Shown here one piece after another: positions 1 to 11,755 of a stretch of DNA of 64,000 bases (position 1 is the first letter of the stretch; every line of letters begins with the position of its first letter). Made by a program: the position numbers and the translations under genes. The DNA lies in the NCBI RefSeq assembly GCF_006345805.1, contig NC_043010.1, positions 64,542,001 to 64,606,000 of the forward strand. Direction: 5' to 3'. This DNA comes from Octopus sinensis. Taxonomy: Eukaryota. The notes under the pieces were generated by a model, which was given only the letters and a program-made list of their open reading frames with translations, did no database searches and had not been told where the DNA came from.

Positions 1-289
1 ACGTGTCTGTCTTGACACAGAGCTGGGGTTAGTTTTACAGTTTGCATCTCGATGACCGAATGTACTGATGAAGTCACGGACATTTGAATTTGTAAGTAAT
101 TCTTTTGTTAAAGACTGAAACCGAGGTATGCATTTAAGTCTGTTTTTTATTTAAATTTTCATTCGGCCGGCTACCTAGCAGGCCAGCCCTGCCTATATAC
201 ACATTGTCTATATAAAATAGACAATTTGTCTATTTTCGGCATACTTGGCATTAGAATTACCTTCTTTTGCCCTTGGTTATTAGTTGTTT

Positions 290-440
290 ATACATACATA
301 CATGCATACATACATACATACATACATACATATACACACACAAACACACACATATATATACATATACGTATACATATATATATACATATATACATATATA
401 CATATATATAGATATATATGTGTATATATATATGTATATA

Positions 441-477
<37 letters not shown>

Positions 478-498
478 GTATATATATTTATATATGTA
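290..498. repeat. (TACA)n/(TA)n microsatellite block
   Basis: Direct inspection; the overlapping ORFs are YI/HT low-complexity artefacts. Confidence 0.95.
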
Positions 499-502
499 CA
501 AA

Positions 503-690
503 GTAAGATAGGGGTTATAAGGGTAACCCACTATGGGATATCAGTTATCCAATATACTGCAGGTGAAGTACCCAAATATTAAATATATAAATGCTTATAA
601 TTGCAATGCAATTAATTCATTTATTGTATTGGATGTGTGAAGGTAAAATAGTTTACCATAAATTCATAATACAAATAAGAAAATGTAGGC
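503..690 (+). repeat. Dispersed AT-rich repeat abutting (TA)n; related copies at about 8960-9150 (+) and 52990-53200 (-)
   Basis: Shared words gagataggggtt...atccaatatactgc...gtaccc...tgcaatgcaatt...ttaccataaatt...taatacaaa(t)aagaaaatg in three places. Confidence 0.7.
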
Positions 691-980
691 GTGATCGTTA
701 CCAACATCGCTTCACTGGCACCTGTGTCGGTGGCACGTGTAAAAAGATTCGAGCGAGGTCATTGCCAGTACCGCCTGATTGGCCTCCGTGCAGGTGGCAC
801 TAAAAAGCACCCACTACACTCTCGGAGTGGTTGGCGTTAGGAAGGGCATCCAGCTGTAGAAACTCTGCCAGATCAAGACTGGAGCCTGGTGCAACCATCT
901 GGTTGCCAGCCTTAGTCAGAACCGTCCAACCCATGATAGCATGGAAAACGGACGTTAAACGGTGATGATGATGATGATGA
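688..980 (+). mobile_element. SINE-like/RTE-tail-derived repeat with (GAT)n tail
   Basis: ggcac..aaaaagcacccactacactctcggagtggttggcgttaggaagggcatccagctgtagaaac...ggacgttaaacg followed by (gat)n; recognised as a common octopod repeat. Confidence 0.7.
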
Positions 981-1156
981 TATATACATATATATATATG
1001 TATATATATATACATATATATATGTATATATATACATATATATAAATATACATATATTTATACATATATATATATAACATATATATATATATATACATGT
1101 ATATGTATATATATATGTATATATGTATATGTACATAATATATACATATATATGTA

Positions 1157-1191
<35 letters not shown>

Positions 1192-1195
1192 CTAT

Positions 1196-1227
<32 letters not shown>

Positions 1228-1237
1228 ATAATATATA

Positions 1238-1277
<40 letters not shown>

Positions 1278-1290
1278 TATATATATATAA
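981..1290. repeat. (TA)n/(TC)n microsatellite block
   Basis: Direct inspection. Confidence 0.95.
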
Positions 1291-2366
1291 GTAGATAAAT
1301 GGTACAAGGCACCCGATATTTACTGGAAAATAGCAATCGATATAAATACGACGCTATTGTATAACTTCACTATTTTTTTCATGTTTGTTGCACACACACA
1401 CGTCTTTGTTGTATATACGCAGCCAAGCTATACAATTATTTATTAATAATTTATAGTATACTCATATATACTCATAGACAGTTCCGTCTATAACACCTAT
1501 ATATCCATAGATATATTCACGCGAGCATACACTATTTCATACGTGCGTATTTGTTTGTATATAAATATACGAGTTATTCGTCCCTGATACAGTGTTTCCC
1601 TTTCTCTCAAACCTGTCTCTCTGTTTATCCTTCTCTGTGTAGTTTATGCTGATGTACATATGTATACAATTTCTACACGTCCATAAACTATACAACCCAC
1701 TCTTGCTCTCTGTCTCACTTCTATTCTCTCTTCCCCTCTGCTCGCTCCCACCCCGCTGATCTGCCTTACTCTTTCTCTCTCTCTGTCTTACCATTCTCCT
1801 CTTCTGACATCCTCCCTATCTGTTTCTCCTCCCCACAGACCCACAATCCCGCTCTCTCATCACTCTCTCTCCCCTCTCTCTGCCACCCTCTGCTAGACTT
1901 CCACCTGCTTTCTCTCTCTGCGTCTCTCCCCGCCGCTTTCGCTCAGGTCAATTTAATCGAATGTCACCCCCTCTCTGTCCCACTACTTCACTCAGTCTCT
2001 CTTGTACCTCTATTCCGCTCTCTCTCTCCCATTTCTTTTTTTGTTCTTCTCTCTCTGCCTCTCTTCTCCCCGCTCCTTCTCTCTCGTTTCCTCTCTCTGT
2101 CCCTTTACTTCTTTCTCTCTACCATACATCTCTCTATCTCTCTCTCTCCTTCCCTCCCCCTCTGCTGATCTGCCACTCTTTCTCTTTCCATTCAGGTCAA
2201 TCCCCTTGTCTCTCTCTCACTCTATCTCTCCCCCGGCTGATCTGCCACCCCCTTTCTCCCTTCCAGCTTTTTTCTTCTCTTCTCTCCTCTCCCTCTCAGG
2301 TCAATCACCTTATATTTCCTTTTATCTCTGTCCCTCTATTTCCCTCTCACTGTATCTCAAGCAAAG

Positions 2367-3277
2367 ATGTCACAGAACTGGTCTGCAAAGGAATTGCAAT
2401 TGTTTGTCCGCGCCTGGAAGTTTGCCGAAGGTGACTCCCCAAACAATATCATTGCAGCGGCACTTAAAAGTAATGATTTCTCCAGGACCTCTGCTCAGAT
2501 AGAGCGAAAGAAACGCAAATTCCTCGGTTCATATGCTCTAATTAGGCAACACATGGACACACTTGACATCATCTTGGGAGGTGACTGCACCAGGGATGAC
2601 AAAAAGGATGGAGAAAGCATCCAGGACCCAACAAAAGACACAACTGAGAGACTTGCAACCAAGGGAAACAATGGCACATGTCCAGCCCCCAACACAGCTG
2701 AAGACCAAAGAGGTGTGAATGGCCGAAAAAGGAAAGCACCTTAAAACCGACGGAAATCAAGAGGTAAAAGAAAAGAAAAAGAAAACAATAAAAACTGTTC
2801 AGAAAAAACAGAAGAGCCCCAGCAAGAGCTACAGGAGTTTCAAAGACGAAAGCAGGAGCCTCTGCAAATTCTACCTGCAAGGAAACTGCTGTCATGACAA
2901 CGATGGTGCAAACTGTCGTTTTGCCCTGCCAAAACCGCATGGGCCCAAGACAACAATCCCTCCCATGAGGAGGACAAAAAGAAAAATACCAAAGAAGGAA
3001 AAATGGCGCACTGACTACTCCTGAAAGACGATGTGCGGATGTAGTGCGCGGTCCAAAAAAGATACTGCATAGCCCAACAAATGGCCAGCTTCACCCAGAT
3101 GTAAGAAGGGCAGCAGCTGAACAGCAATCTTTTTTGTGCATAGCACAAAAAATTGTCCCGCAGCTGACCTGGCTTCAAACACAAAGCTGGAACTACCACC
3201 ACATAAGGCCACCACCAACAGATGCAGGATGTCCACCACAAACACCAACACACTCGCCACAAAAATATTTCTACTGA
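2367..3277 (+). pseudogene. LINE ORF1 remnant: N-terminal Myb/SANT (trihelix)-like motif, basic linker, CCCH-like finger, Pro/Gln-rich C-terminus; frameshifted
   Basis: ORFs 2367-2744 (NWSAKELQLFVRAW...IAAALKSNDFSRTSAQIERKKRKF), 2719-3024 (LCKFYLQGNCCHDNDGANCRFALP) and 3044-3277. Confidence 0.65.
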
Positions 3278-6110
3278 ACGTAGGAGGGCTGCTGCGCGGC
3301 AACTTTAAAAGGAAAATCTCATTCCTGAGAGACCTTGCGGCATGCAATCAAGCTCTATGCATGGCACTCATAGAAACGCATCTTGGACCTGATATAGGGG
3401 ATGTAGAAATAAACATACCGTAATATGTTGTCATACGCTCAGATGGAAAAGAGAGGAGTCATGGTGGAGTTGCAGTGTACATCCGAGATGACCTCACACC
3501 CCAAGTCATGTTGTCATATTCAAACTCAGTGTGTGACACTCAAATTGTACACATAAGACAACTGAATATCGTCATATGTACTACATATCGCCCACCGGAT
3601 GCTCCAAATCACACAGGCATGTTTGAAGACTGCCTAACAAAAATAGAAGTTCTCACCAAACTGGAACAACACAACACTGTATTCTTCATGGGTGACTTTA
3701 ACTTCCCCAATGTAGATGCTCCCAGGGATGATACACCATCAGCAAGCACAGACAGAGTCTCATCTCACAAATGCTTCATGGAGCAAATTGTGCTGCAACC
3801 AACCAGGGCAAATAATATACTGGATTTCTGCTTCACAAACAATATGGACATTATCTATAATGTTAAAGTGATGCCGACATTGGTCTCGGATCACAACATA
3901 ATAGAGCTGTCTATGTATGGATCAAAAGCCTCCACACTCTCTCCAAACTAAACTTTCATAAAGCAAATTGGAAGTTGATTGAGAAAGAGATTCTCAAACA
4001 AGATTGGCCTAAATGTCTTTCCACGCCAGACATTGACATGAAACACAAACGTTTCATGTCCATAATACAAGCCATATGTGACATATATGTCCCAGTGTGC
4101 AGGGCCAGCACACACAAAAACAGGATCCCTGGAGAAAGGAAGATACTTATGAGACGACGGACAAAGATTGCGAACCGCCTGAGCAAGTACATCAAAAGTG
4201 GTGAGAAGTCTCGCCTCGAGAGAATGCTAATGGAAATTGAGAAAAGTCTGCACCAGGAGAGAGCAGATAAAGAAGCTTGAGTAATAGAAAATATCAAGTC
4301 AAACTCTAAAGATTTCTTTAAGTTTGCCAAAGAGACAGCCACAGTGCGCCAGAGGATAGGACCTCTTTTCCAAAACAGATTGCTCTCTCTCTGGAAATTC
4401 CACGAGGATAAGTGAAATACTGAACGAACAGTTTGTTCACTACACCTCTAGGACATAGGCAAGTAAACAAGCCAGAAGAATTCTTTGCCACTTTACCTGT
4501 AGCCAAAGAGGCAAAAATTGAGTACATCAACATTGAAGATGATGATATCACACTGACCATAAATGAGATTGACACAAACTCAGATGCTGGACCTGATGGA
4601 TTTCCAGCGATCCTTCTCAAATCGTGCAAACGAGCCCTTGCAAAACCGCTACAGCTTCTTTTTCAGAGTTTTCTTGCAAGTGGTAAGCTCCCAGTCAAAT
4701 TGATAGAAGGGATAATATGCCCTATCCATAAGGGAGGAAGCAGGGCAGATGCTAAAAATGATAAGCCTATCTCTCTGACCTCACACATCAGCAAAGTCAT
4801 GGAACGAAAAGTCCGCAAGAAACTAATCACGCTCCTTGAAGAAAATGACTTGCTGATTGACACACAGCATGGATTTCGACCAGGTAGAAGCTGTCTAACA
4901 CTGTTCCTACAACACTATGACTGGGTGTTAAAACAGCTACTAAATGGCTCAAGTGTGGATGTGATATATCTCGACTTTGCAAAAGCCTTTGATAAAGTCG
5001 ACCATGGTATGATCTGTCACAAACTGCGTGATCTCGGCATAGGCGGGAAAGTTGAAGAGTGGCTGCACAACTTCCTAAAAGATAGAAGGCAGGCAGTTGT
5101 GGCCAATGGAGCCATCTCCAAGAAAACACAAATAACAAGCGGTGTTCCACTGCTGTTCATAGTGGCCCTTTCAGACATGCCCTCAGTTGCTAAGATGGTC
5201 ACCTTTGCTAGCTATGCAGATGACACAAAAGTCTCCCACACAATACAAAACCCTGGAAATGTTGCACACCTGCAACGGGAGTTGGATACAATATACAGGT
5301 GGGCTGAGGACAACAACATGCAGTTTAATGCAGGGAAGCTCCAAGCCCTGCGCTAGCGGCACACAAAGGTGAACGACATGCAGACAGGATACACTGACCC
5401 GGGAAGAATTGTAATTCCTGAGTCAAAATCAGTGCATGACCTGGGAATTGACATGAGCAATGATGCATCTTTCCAAGTGCATATTACTAATTTGGTAATA
5501 CAATGCAGACGGCTAGCTGGATGGATTCTCCGAACTTTCAGAATAAGAGAGAAGGAGACACTGATGGTCTTTTGGAAGACATTCGTCCTCAGCCACTTGG
5601 ACTACTGCTCCCAACTATGGTCACCACACAATATAAAGTTAACAGCAGAACTCGAAGCAATCCAACGAAGCTACACTAAGAAGATCGTCTCAATGCAAAA
5701 TATCAGCTTCTGGGAAAGACTCAAAGTATTAAAACTCTTCTCCCTAGAGCGAAGGCGGAAGAGATATGCAGTGATATACATCTGGAAAATCCTGCAGGGT
5801 CTTGTCCCGAATTTTGGCATTGAAAGTTACCCCAAACAAGAAACGGGGCGCCACTGCATAGTGCCAAAGATCCCAACATCACCATCAAAATACAGGACCA
5901 GATACTGCAACATCTTGGGTTTCAGGGGACCACAACTCTTCAATATCATTCCTAAATGCCTAAGAGACCTGCATGGTGTGGACGTGGGTTTCTTTAAAAC
6001 TAAACTGGATCTTTTCTTGTCATGGGTTCCAGATTAACCTACATCTCGGCAGGAAACACAGATGCAGGCAGCGGCGTCAAACTCCCTTGTTGATCAAGTG
6101 CCACGTATCA
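3229..6110 (+). pseudogene. LINE ORF2 remnant: apurinic endonuclease plus reverse transcriptase, with stops and frameshifts
   Basis: LLNVGGL..ALIETHL, FMGDFNFP, SDHNII (APE); QHGFRPGRSC, YLDFAKAFDKVDH, SGVP, YADD (RT). Confidence 0.95.
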
Positions 6111-6203
6111 GAGGTGGTTCACATACTAGTGTAGCTCATTCAACGGTGGTGCCCCAGCATGGCCGCAGCCTTCGGGCTGAAAGATTTTTACGGATTTAAG
6201 GAT

Positions 6204-6224
6204 TATATGTATATATATATATAC

Positions 6225-6263
<39 letters not shown>

Positions 6264-6311
6264 TATATATATATAGATATATATATGTATATATATAGTA
6301 TATATATATAG

Positions 6312-6344
<33 letters not shown>

Positions 6345-6404
6345 TATATATATGATATATATATATAATATATATATATATATATAATATATATATATAT
6401 ATAC

Positions 6405-6435
<31 letters not shown>

Positions 6436-6605
6436 TAATATATATATGTGTCTAAATATATGTATATATATACATGTGTATATATATATATGTATATTTA
6501 TATATGTATATATATACGTATGTACGTATATATAATATATATATATATATATGTGTGTATATATATAATTATATATATATAGATGTATGTATACATACAT
6601 ACATT

Positions 6606-6639
<34 letters not shown>

Positions 6640-6680
6640 ATATCTATATATATATATGTGTGTGTATATATATACGCACA
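6204..6680. repeat. (TA)n-rich microsatellite block
   Basis: Direct inspection. Confidence 0.95.
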
Positions 6681-7282
6681 CACAATACTTATATAGCTAC
6701 TTTCCAGAGAACACTCAAAACATGGTGTGTCTAGCAATCGAGATGCAATCATCGTGCACACAATCCAAGCTGCCGTTACGGGGAAAAATCCTCGATGTCG
6801 AACTATAGAAAGGCGATAAAGTTCAGAATAAGATAATTTTAATGCCTGAAGTTAATTGTTGAGAAGCAGATATGTCTCTGAGCTCTTTAAGTGTTTCCAA
6901 ACGAGTTCAATGATTTTAAACAATTTCATACGACTTATTGTTTTGTCTGTGTATTGTATTTTACTCCGCTTGGTGAAATAGAACAACGTCAAGTGAAGTG
7001 CCTTGGAAAGGGAGCACGGACCGTCCTGTATATGACTTGAACCCATTGCCGGATGATCGTGAAACCTGCACGCTATGAAATGGCTGATTCGCCTAGTTCC
7101 GGGATTCCAGGGTTTCGTTAAAAACATATCGCGTTTCCACTTAATACAATGTCTTTTACAAAAATTTAAAATTGAAATATTTTCAAACTAAGCAATTTTC
7201 GCCTTTGCCTAAATATCAGTTACGTTATTTTAGTAAAATGATCTCAGGATATAGAGATGGAATGAATTTCAGAAACAATAGA

Positions 7283-7336
<54 letters not shown>

Positions 7337-7442
7337 TTATCAATTATTCAACATCTCTATTTCTCACTCGATTCGTCATTAACATACACATTCATAAATG
7401 CATACATACAAACATATTCACATACGCATGTATGGAAAAGAC

Positions 7443-7499
<57 letters not shown>

Positions 7500-8199
7500 C
7501 ACATACATGTACACATTTTCGCACAATCGCACACCCATATATACATGTCACAAGTCACGAAATTTTAAGTTACATTCTTAAGTTGGCAACTCAAATTTCG
7601 CCATTATAGATGTTGAGGTCTAACACAAAGAAACGCACTCACACTCACGCTACACACATATACACATACAGACACGCACACACGCACATATGAATAGACA
7701 CACATGCATACACCCAAGCACACGGACATACATGCAGACCTACACATTTATATATATATATATAGCAAGAGAGGGAGTAGTGTTTCCATGCAGGAAAAAA
7801 ATATAGGAAAATATGTTGTTGAAAATACACTTAAATTTCAAAAGCTCGTAAATGTTTAAAATACATTTCTTTTCATATATACCAAACCAGTTTCAACAAT
7901 ATTTTTTGTTTATCAATGGTAAAAGTGTGAAATTAGAAAAATTTTTGTCATAAGTTTCAATGTCGACAAAATCCCTGCCTCATCCCTCCCTAATTCTTCA
8001 ATCCCTCCACCCCTACCTGTCTTCTCTCCTTCAACTTGACCTGTATTCCGCCAAGCCTGACATTTCTTTCTTGGTTCGATTATCATCCATGTAGCATCTC
8101 TTATATTCCTTTTCATGACTTTCACCTATATTTCTGCCAGAAGGCTTCACTTCCATTACGCCAGCTTAATTTTATTTTTCTACAGTCGAAAGACACCCG

Positions 8200-8513
8200 T
8201 TGTTAATGTCCTGTTCTTTGTATTTGTAATTGTGTGCCATTTTTCAGTTTCTATTCGTCCTTGATTTCATATACATTCACTTGCTTTCTTCCAAAGAATA
8301 TAGTGCTGATAGCTTAGAGTTTCTTGGTGCCGGCCAGATTAGAACAGTCTCGAGAGTAACCGGCCAAAACTGCAACGACGATCTGGTACTCGACTGAAAA
8401 TCGAAAACACTGAATGACCCATTCTTGTTTATTCCTGTCCTTCTTTTGTAACGTTTAACTGCCCGAATGCATTTTTTGTCGCCTGTTACGCGCTTGTTCC
8501 ATCTTTTGTTTTG
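8200..8513 (+). mobile_element. T-rich Penelope-like terminal repeat, related to the 42414-43384 and 34500-35050 elements; contains a decayed permuted hammerhead-like motif at 8345-8415
   Basis: atatacattc...gctttcttccaaag...ggccag..CAGTC TCGAG..AAAACTG..CTCGA CTGAAAA tcgaa..gaatgaccc aligns with the reverse complement of 42414-42690. Confidence 0.6.
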
Positions 8514-8905
8514 TTAGGGGTTAGCCATATTGAAATGGCAAAAATACGTCACGATGTGTTACCGCTACTGTATATAACTCACTTTGATATTTATCATTGT
8601 TTGATTTCACTTTTTCAATATCAGCGACAGTGGACGCTGGAAAAAGTATAAGTATTTGTGAAGGAAATCTAATTCTCGGCGACAACCATGATTGTCACAC
8701 GCTGACGAGAGGTCAATACCTCGAAACTCGAGTCCGTGTGTATCATAAGTTGAAGACGGGAAGGATGACTTCCCTTTGCAAATACTGACAGGACACAGAT
8801 AGTGTGTCTATGGCCAGCTGGAGGAGTGTGTCCTCCTGGGGCTAAAAACTACAGTAGCATCCACCCTTAGGGGTTAGCCATATTGAAATGGCAAAAATAC
8901 GTCAC
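8514..8905 (+). mobile_element. Retrozyme-like non-coding unit, 353-bp period, bounded by a perfect 39-bp direct repeat
   Basis: ttaggggttagccatattgaaatggcaaaaatacgtcac at 8514-8552 and 8867-8905; internal hammerhead and several hairpins. Confidence 0.65.
8688..8746 (+). ncRNA. Type I hammerhead ribozyme, intact core; predicted cleavage after GUC at 8734
   Basis: CACACG(8696-8701) CTGACGA GAGG-tcaata-CCTC GAAA CTCGAG TC CGTGTG(8735-8740); stem I extended by ATGAT/ATCAT across an internal loop; palindromic minimal stem III. Confidence 0.9.
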
Positions 8906-8917
8906 TATATATATATA

Positions 8918-8963
<46 letters not shown>

Positions 8964-9353
8964 AGATAGGGGTTGTAAATTCAACCCTCCATGGGATAAC
9001 ATATATCCAATATACTGCTAGAGAAGTACCCAACAAAGCTAATACATAAATGTTAAGAATTGCGATGCAATTGATTCATTTACTGTATTAGGTGGGCAAA
9101 GGTAAAATTATTTTTACCATAAATTAATAATACAAAATGAGAAAATGGAGAAATATATCTAAATCATTCATCAACTATCAGATAATACCGAATCATATAC
9201 TTTATTAAAACACTACACAAGAGCATTAAGATTAGACATTAATACAGTACAATAATTACAATCAATATAATGAGATATAACTAAATAAATATAACAAGAT
9301 ATAAAAATACATATACATTATAACTGACAGCTATATATATTCATATATATTTA

Positions 9354-10155
9354 CAGGGTGCGGTGAATATATTACCGTCTAAATTACGCGAGAATGAAAA
9401 TAACACTGATATCTCATTTTGACGGATATATTATGAAAATCACATAAAAAATCCTGCAACTCTTCTGTTCGGTCTTCTTATTTAAGTTGGTGAATGTTGC
9501 CATAATCCTTGCCTTCAGTTCATCTTTAGTGTAACAAGGCGTTTTGTTGGTCTCTCGCCCCACACATAATAGTTAAGGGGGTTGCTGTCTGGGGAGTTAG
9601 GTGGCCAGATGTTAGGAGTGATGTGGTCGCAGAAATTCTCTGACAGCCATGACTGGGTTATCCTGCTTGTCTGGCACAGTACAAAGTCCTGATGCCAGAC
9701 ATAGGTTTTTCCAGCAGCGACCCTCTTGACACAGAGCAGCACTTCCTCCTTCAGGCTCTTAACGTAAGCTTCCGTGTGGAGTCTGAGGCCGTGTGAGAAG
9801 ATGAATGGAGGCATAACGTCGCCATCACTAGTGATCATTCCAAGCACCATGATGTTAACTGGATGTCTGATTTTTATCACTCTCAGTACATGTTTTGGGG
9901 ACACGGCAAGCCAACGTCTGTTCTGTGTGTTCACCATCTGTTCGTATTGGAGTTTCCGGTGCGAATGGCAAGCAGTACAGCATGTCGTTTCCAAATTTCT
10001 GACGGAGTGAAATGCGTCATGTTTGCTGTTTTTTCTCGCAGACGGTGCCCACCTGACCATACTATACTTTGTAGTCGATAAAATGAAAACAAACAATGTG
10101 CATGCACAAAATTAAAAAAAATATGAAATGGCGACAATTTACCCATCGCACCCTG
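9354..10155 (-). mobile_element. Internally deleted Tc1/mariner superfamily transposon (maT/DD37D-type)
   Basis: TA-flanked TIRs CAGGGTGCG (9354) and CGCACCCTG (10155); transposase fragment VWHQD...WPPNSPDSNPLNYYVWG with 37 residues between D2 and the third catalytic position, here N. Confidence 0.9.
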
Positions 10156-10204
10156 TACATGTACATATTCTTTTACTCTTTTATACGATTATTCTCCATT
10201 CTCT

Positions 10205-11066
10205 TACTCTTTTATACGATTCAGTCCTAAGGCTGTGGCCAGGCTGGAGCACCGCTAGTGTAATCCCCTTTTCAATCGCCAATCTTATGTGACTGGCTAT
10301 TGGGGAAGGCGAGAGTTGGATGTTGATGTCCTCCTTCGAGTTTCCTGCCTTGATATTGCTTCATCTGGGATCTTGGCTATCAGGAGCTCAAGTTGTTTCT
10401 TGAAGACATCTACTGTTTCTCTATAAAGATCCCTCAGATGTTTTGGTAAGGTTTTAAATAACTGTGGCACCTTAAATCCCAAACTATTGCAATACATGGT
10501 CCTTACTCTAGATGCTGTAGCTGGGACTTTTAGAATAGTGCAGTGACATCCAGTTCGGGAGATGGAATAACTCTCGATACCAAAGTTTGGTGTCAGCCCC
10601 TTCTGGGTCTCCTATACTTATATTACTGCACACCTCTCCCGTCATCGTCCCTGGGAGTACAGTCGTAGCTCTTTCAGTCTCTCATAGTAGCTTATGTGTT
10701 CCGTTGAACTGCTACGAGTTCTGCTATTAATTTGATATTGTAGGGCTGTCACGAATTCTGCTATTAATTTGATATTGTAGGCCAGCCATAGTTGAAAGCA
10801 GTAGTCCAAACGGCTGAGAACATAAATTTATATCCTCTATAAAACCAGCATGGTTTCTTGGTCCCTTGTTTAGTAGGTTTAGAAGATCTCAGAATTTATT
10901 CGGCCATTTGCCTGCACATTGCTACCAACTTGGTGGTATGTACGTGGAACGAGGCATCGTTGCTCATATCAATCCCGAGATCACGTACTGTATGTCACTA
11001 GGGGATTGCCGCTCCTTTTGGTGCAAGGTCTCTTTGGAGAGGCCTTCATTGGCGACCACGGCTTGA
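10205..11066 (-). mobile_element. 3' fragment of a CR1/L2-group LINE, same group as 1600-6202
   Basis: YCNSLGFKVPQLFKTLPKHLRDL...IPDE matches the ORF2 C-terminus at 5900-6037; 3' ggtgctccagc..tggcc tail; 26-bp internal tandem duplication near 10716-10782. Confidence 0.85.
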
Positions 11067-11230
11067 CTTCAGTCTTTTAAAAAAGAATATCGTTATCCGC
11101 CGCTCTTGTTCACATTCAAGTATAGTTATCTTGCCTGATTATATACATTCAAAGTTCACTAACAGCTGCCGTCGTGAAAGAACGTTTTCCAGCAGCTATG
11201 CATGTCACATCGTTAAAATATGTCATGAAT

Positions 11231-11294
<64 letters not shown>

Positions 11295-11419
11295 ATTTTG
11301 AACTAATGGATTTCTGCTGATGTGTTTGAGTAAAGTACTGGCACGGTTTGTGCTACCTGGTGTCATCCGCAGTTAGGTTATATTTCCGTTGGATCTACTT
11401 AAAACATATATATAGTTTC

Positions 11420-11755
11420 ACTCTTTTACACTCATTTGACTGCGGCCATGCTGGAGCATCACATGTAATCGAAGGAAATCGATCCCAAGGAGTTTTTTTT
11501 CTTTGTAAGCCTAGTACTTATTCTAACGCACTAACATCGCTTGTCAAGACATACACACAATGATACAGACAGAAAATAAATATACATATATAAATATACA
11601 CGACGGGCTTCTTTCTGTTTCCGTTTGCTAAATCCATTCAGAAGTCATTGGTCGGCCCGAGGTTATAGTAAAAGACAATAGCCCAAGGTGTCACACAAGG
11701 GCACTGAATCCAGAACCATATGGTTGGAAGGCACACTTCTTACCACACAAACATA
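11420..11755 (-). mobile_element. tRNA-derived octopod SINE, diverged
   Basis: tgactgcggccatgctggagca tail, ctttgtaagcctagtacttatt core and cccaaggtg...ttaccacac head, as in 35388-35761. Confidence 0.8.

Larger units (their letters stand above)
1600..6202 (+). mobile_element. Near full-length, decayed CR1/L2-group LINE (pyrimidine-rich 5' UTR, ORF1, APE-RT ORF2, 3' stem-loop tail); 5' boundary approximate
   Basis: CT-rich leader, two overlapping broken ORFs, and a 3' end ggtggtgccccagcatggccgcagccttcgggctgaaag followed by (aggatt) repeats. Confidence 0.9.

Noticed and set aside
65-90. CTGATGA followed by a small gtc/gac hairpin
   Set aside because: No GAAA or stem I/III partners at canonical or permuted spacing
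41-91. Possible first exon of the host gene (ttttacag acceptor, ATG at 68 giving MKSRTFEF, GTAAGT donor)
   Set aside because: Splice signals are good, but no phase-0-to-1 signal-peptide exon could be found to link it to 30714; not supportable without RNA data
226-511. YI/HT/MYVC-rich ORFs here and at about 900-1300, 6200-6800, 12840-14060, 17370-17940, 23700-24130 and 46720-47230
   Set aside because: Translations of (TA)n, (TACA)n and (CA)n microsatellites; no coding signal
8625-8711. 87-nt phase 1-1 exon candidate (TVDAGKSISICEGNLILGDNHDCHTLTR)
   Set aside because: Weak donor, and it overlaps the hammerhead inside the 353-bp repeat unit, which explains the sequence better
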